Of a DNA stretch of 64,000 nt, positions 58,838 through 64,000 are shown in pieces. The position numbers and the translations under genes are program-made. Numbering within the stretch: the first letter of the stretch is position 1; each line of letters opens with the position of its first letter. Source of the stretch: Selaginella moellendorffii (Eukaryota; Plantae; Lycopodiophyta); NCBI RefSeq assembly GCF_000143415.4, contig NW_003314379.1:248001-312000 (forward strand), written 5' to 3'. The notes beneath the pieces are model-generated. The model did not search any database, had not been told where the DNA came from, and saw only the letters and a list, made by a program, of their open reading frames with translations.

Positions 58838-59634
58838 TTAAGCACAACCAAGGTTTTCACCTGGTGAAACACCCAACTGTGAGCAGAAGTCCCTGTAATA
58901 AGTGATACGGCTTTGTGCTGGTTCTGTCTCACTGCCCCTGCCACACTCTAGCGCTCCATTGATGGCTCGAATTGTAGCTCCAAATCCTTGATTCTGTGTT
59001 ATTGCGGTGTGGCAATTCGAGTTTTGCATCCAAAACCACACTGATGACCTCCATGCAAGTAAGCCATTCTGAGCAACTTGGTCTGGGTTCTGGAGGAGGT
59101 TCATATTGAAAGCCCTTCCCGCGGCATCATAGTTGTAATTCCTGCAGATGAAATTTTGGATTTGTACTGCATACGTTTTCAATTTCTAACTTACCAAGTG
59201 AGCTGCAGAGGACCTCTTCCATAGTAAGCCATAGTGCCTGCCGGACATGAAACTCCACCAGTAGTGTCACAATAGACGTTGTTTTGGTTGATCTCTCGAA
59301 TGAATTGCAGTGCTACAATCAAGTAGAAAAACTTCAAGACATTAGTGAGAAATGGATTTTGCTATGTAAAATTACTTCCAGTCTCGTGCTTCACATGTGC
59401 AAAGTACGCAGCCAGTTCCCTCCTTTGAACATCAAGACTCCCTGTGCTTCCAAAAGGAGGAAAGCCATTTGCTGCAGCAATGAAATCACTATAGGTATAG
59501 AAAGGATTGGCAACGTTGGATGGGAAGAACTGCCTAAACACAGACTCGGTTATGATGCTAGATGGGTTTGCTAGTGTGGGGGAGGGAGATCCAATGCAAA
59601 GTATAAAAGATATGATGATTGCTGCAAATGCCAT
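58838..59634 (-). CDS. GH19 chitinase without chitin-binding domain; exons 59634-59376, 59312-59195, 59141-58838
   Basis: Signal peptide; RELAAYFAHVKHETG; YYGRGPLQLTWNYNY; FGATIRAINGALEC. Confidence 0.93.
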
Positions 59635-61187
59635 GGGTGCTAAAGTTTATGAGAACTTGAATGAATTTGGGTTGGTTTTATACTCTTGAAGCCACCCGTG
59701 AACATATTGACTAAAATGCCGTGTTGATGGAAACTTCCTAAGATGGAAGGTGTCTTTTATTGACTTTTCAAAATACTTTTGATTGAGGTTATGATCTTCG
59801 GTGTAAAGGTATAATATCTAAAGTTTTAACAGTTTCACAATACGTTTTTATATCTAGAAATAAAATACCAATTTATACAGTTATCAATCTTAGTAAATAG
59901 AAATTAAATTTTATTTTAATTAACAAATTTGTAAAAAGAAATTTCTTGCATGATTTTTAGCTAGAGTAAGCTTGGACATTCTAAGATATTTTATCATCTA
60001 ATGGTTGTTAGTTATTTATATTAATATTATATTTATAGTTTATAAATATATTATAATATCTTTATATTTACTAAGAAAGTATATTCATCACTATTGGCAA
60101 TGACATAAATCAAAATTTAAACTCAAGACCTATTATATACATATATGGGATTATCATGAATCTATACTAAAATTAAGTTTCTAGATTAGGGGCTAGAACC
60201 CTTATTTTTTCTATTATACACATATATGGAATTATCACGAATTTATACTAAAATTAAATTTCTATATTAGCTAGAGGTTGGATTAGAGCCTTTATAAAAA
60301 TAAAGTTTTGATAACTTTGTAGTAGAGTGTTTAACATAATTTTATCTTGTCTTTTCCATTTTTTAATATCTTATTAATAGTTTAATCATCTCCTTTCTCT
60401 CAATGGCAATTTTTTAACAGTTTAAACATTTTGAAATAAATGATTTTCTCACATTTGCTTTAATTAAATCAAAATATTTTATAGAAGTTATACTAAGCAT
60501 TAGAAGCAATTCAATACTACACTTATTTTGCAGCTCTACTAAATTATCAACACCAATTAATTTAAAACCAAAATTTGATATGCCAATAAAATTTGATGGC
60601 ACATGGTCCAAATTTCATAATTTTAGTCAAATTTCAAACTACCATGCAACCTAATTGATATTCTATAACATAAAATAATTTTTTATTTTCTATTATTTTA
60701 ATATTTTATTAATATTTTCATTGTTTTGACATAGAATTATTCAAATAGTTCATTGTGAAGTATAAATTTAGAACTCTCACCAAATTTCATATGATTATCG
60801 AAAAATATTATTTATCTTTATGTCTAAATAAATACTTATCTGGCTTCATATCAACTTATTTTCTAGCAAAAATTTTAGAATTATTAATTGAATCACACAT
60901 TAATCAATTGGATTAATAAATAATACTAAATATGAATAGCACTAGATACATTTATAAATCAATTATATGTTATAAATACAGTTTAGTATCTTTTTGTTCC
61001 ACCATTTACAATCATAATAAATTCTGTAAAAATATAAATAAAAAAGTAAAAAGATAGATTACTCACAGTTTCATTCAGAACTTTCCTAGCCATCCCTTGA
61101 CAATGTCAAATAAATTCAAATAGCTTATTTACCTCTCTCTTATCGTCAATGTCCCTTTTAGGAGTACAAAAGATTATTTTCTTACCA

Positions 61188-63671
61188 TCAAGCCGTGAGG
61201 ACCTTCTCCTTGTCCTTGCTGCTTTGCTTGGAGAAGGCGGTGGTACACTGCGCCATGACTTTGGAAGCTCTGGAGATGGAGTCCGTCATGTAGAAGTTGT
61301 CAATGGACCTGGCAAACGGCTTGAGCTGGATTTCCGTCTTGGTCTCGGGAAGAATGTCTCGCGGCCACATCACCGGCGCCTGGAGCTCGTCCACTCGGAA
61401 GAGATTTGGCGATACTGCCAACATCCGAGCTCGCAAGCTGCTGATGGTATCGTAAGGTAGCGCGGAGCCGGCTACCTCGGATAGAGCTCTGATGATCTTC
61501 CAGTCGTCGCGAGATTCCCCGACTGTTGGAACCGCTGGAATCGTCTGCTGAGTTCTCCCTTCCGTGTTGACGTAAGTCGATTCCTTCTCGCTGTAAGCGC
61601 AGCCAGGGAGTACAACGTCGGCTCGGTAGACGCTGCGATCACCATGGTGCCCCTGATAGACCACGAAACAATCCTTCGGGATCTCTGCCATGTCGACTTC
61701 GTCCGCGTCGAGGAGATACAAGAACTTGATCCCCTTGAGGCTGCCTTTGGACTTCGGTACCAGTCCCAAGTCGAGTGCTGCTGCGTGGCTGGCGTTGAGA
61801 AGGAGTACGTTGAAGCCATTCCACCCTTCCTTGACGATGTTTCCATTGGCTGCTATTGTTTCCACCGCGGCCATGATACCATCTCGGTCCGGACGCTCGA
61901 AAATCCCTGCGCCGACTATGATTGCCGGCCTCTGAGCTCCTGCTAGAGCCGTGCAAAAGCGGTGGCGGCCCTCGGCAATCTGGAGGAGTGTCTCCGGTCC
62001 AGTTCCAAGGTTCTCGTGCTCGTATGCTAGATCGGTAGGCGGGCCTATGACGCCAACTTTGGCTCGTAAGTTTCTCACAGCCTTTCTGATTCGCAAGTTC
62101 AGCAGTGGTGCCTCGGTTCGCACCTGAGTAGAAACACAAAAAAGTTCTTGAGAACTTAAAAAAACTGGAGAGCAAATCAAAGCAAAACGAAGCCTTACCT
62201 GTGTTCCAACAAGGAGAATAACGTCCGCATTCTCCACTCCAGCAATAGTGCTGTTAAGAAGATACCTCGACCTCAAATCAGCTTGCGTATTCACGCTGTC
62301 ACCCTCGCACCACAGGTTCTCGCATCCCAGTTTGTTGAAAAAATCCTTCATAGCAAGCATCGACTCGGCATCCGCCAGCTTTCCGGCAATAGCTGCCATC
62401 TCCTCCGGCTTGGTGTGCTTCAATGCCTCGGCAGCGGCCCTGAAAGCAAGCTGCCACAGAACGGGTTCCAAGTTCCCATTTTCACCACGCAGCATAGGCT
62501 CGTTGAGACGCTGGCGTTTTAAACCATCGTAACAGAACCGAGCCTTGTCCGATATCCATTCCTCATTCACATCCTGTCAATGTAGTAAGGTCAATAAAAA
62601 AGCATAGCTTTTGCTGGGGTTTACCTCATTAAGACGAGGAACTATACGCATAACTTCAGCACCACGGCTCTCAATTCGGATATTGCAGCCTATCGCGTCG
62701 CTCACGTCGATTGTCTCGGTCCCTTTGAGCTCCCAGTTCCTTGCAGTAAAGGCAAATGGTCTTGACGTAAGTGCTCCAACGGGGCACACGTCAATGACAT
62801 TCCCCGAGAGCTCGCTTGTCATCAACCGCTCCACGTACGTTCCAATCTCCTCACTTCCACCGCGACCAAGAACTCCAAGGTCGGGAACGCCAGCAACTTC
62901 GTTTGAGAACCTGACGCACCTGTTGCACCAATACCAGTTTTCGAAACCGCTTCATAGATGAAAGGAGATGGTTACCTTGTGCAGTGAATGCAGCGGGTCA
63001 TCACCGTTTTGACTAGAGGTCCCAAGTTTTTATCCACCACGGAGCGCTTCATGTCGGTGAAACGACCACGATCGGAACCAAAAACCATGGATTGATCCTG
63101 CAGGTCACACTCCCCTCCTTGATCGCAAATGGGGCAGTCGAGCGGGTGATTGAGGAGTAGAAACTCCATAACACCCTCCCGTGCTTTCTTCACCATTTGT
63201 GTCGTAGTCTTGATTTTCATCCCTTCAAACATGTAAGAGTTAAGAGTAGATCCTTTTTCTGAAAACAAAAAAGGTACCTGGTAGAGCTGGCATGGCGCAC
63301 GACGCAACTGGCTTCGGAGTTTTCTCCACTTCCACGAGACACATCCGACAGTTCCCAGCGATGGAAAGGCGGGGGTGGTAACAAAACCTGGGAATCTCGA
63401 TCCCAGCCGCCTCGCAAGCTTGAAGAACAGTCATACCTTTCTGGACTTGGATTGACAAACCGTCCACGGAGACTTCAATGGTATCTTCCGGCTTCGGCAT
63501 CTCGACTCGCAAGCCTCGAGCCACAGCAGCAGCGGTCTGATGGACCTGGCGAAGTCTAAAGTTGCGACAAGCTGCGTCGACCATGGTATCATTGTCGGCA
63601 TCTTGAAAAAATCCCAACTTCCGTCGCTGGTGCTTGAGCAATCGAAACAACAAAGAAGTCTGCCTCGCCAT
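61188..63671 (-). CDS. NDUFS1: Mitochondrial complex I 75-kDa Fe-S subunit (NDUFS1/NuoG-like), multi-exon
   Basis: [23 protein letters not shown]; [18 protein letters not shown]; RCIHCTRC; DVCPVGAL; [11 protein letters not shown]; N-terminal targeting peptide. Confidence 0.96.
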
Positions 63672-64000
63672 AGCTATAGCGAGTAAGTTGTGGAATAAAA
63701 TAATTCTCTCCCTAGGCCCTGAAAGGGAAGAAGGCAAGGAGTAAGTAAACCCATCCCTTTCAAGGAAACTCTCGCAGCTCTCCCTCGGAAATCTCTAGCA
63801 AATCTGGAATAAAGATGCGTAGCGAGGCAACCGATTACACAAGAGAAACACTCAAATCTGACACAAATGGCGGGATCCAAGACCTAGGACGAATCAAACT
63901 CACGCCCTACTTCGAATCTCTTGGACGAGCTCTCGGCCGGGGGAATGGAATGCTTACCGCGAGCCAGTGGAAGCCGATATCAGCAGCGCCATCGTCCGCC

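Noticed and set aside
59750-61100. AT-rich tract with a ~60-bp local duplication (~60130-60270)
   Set aside because: No TIRs, TSD or coding signal that I can support.

Overview
Eukaryotic nuclear DNA from an early-diverging land plant. Short GT-AG introns, PLS-PPR and kelch pseudogene debris, and non-chromovirus Gypsy elements suggest a lycophyte such as Selaginella (inference). Left to right: (1) 1-9.8 kb of nested retroelement relics: a decayed Gypsy, two TRIMs and a solo-LTR-like element. (2) A histidine acid phosphatase gene and a fold-back hairpin. (3) The most unusual object, a 13.1-kb TIR-bounded Mutator-like transposon (15434-28516, TGGACCAT duplicated at both flanks). It carries a GCM/WRKY-like Zn domain + DDE + SWIM transposase, a divergently oriented intron-containing ParB/Srx-like + beta-class N6A/N4C DNA-methyltransferase-like gene, two tandem small Cys/His-finger genes and a GC-rich CCAARTGC motif array. 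All four ORFs show lesions in this copy. (4) A defence-type array with seven near-identical germin-like genes, built from a triplicated GLP-GLP-BAHD unit. One GLP is split by a young 10.9-kb Gypsy whose 2908-aa gag-pol runs in frame into a PMD-like extension. The array also includes an intact BAHD acyltransferase head-to-head with a bacterial-type CPBP/CAAX protease gene, and a GH19 chitinase. (5) The complex I 75-kDa subunit gene. All family calls come from motif recognition by eye; no database search was run.
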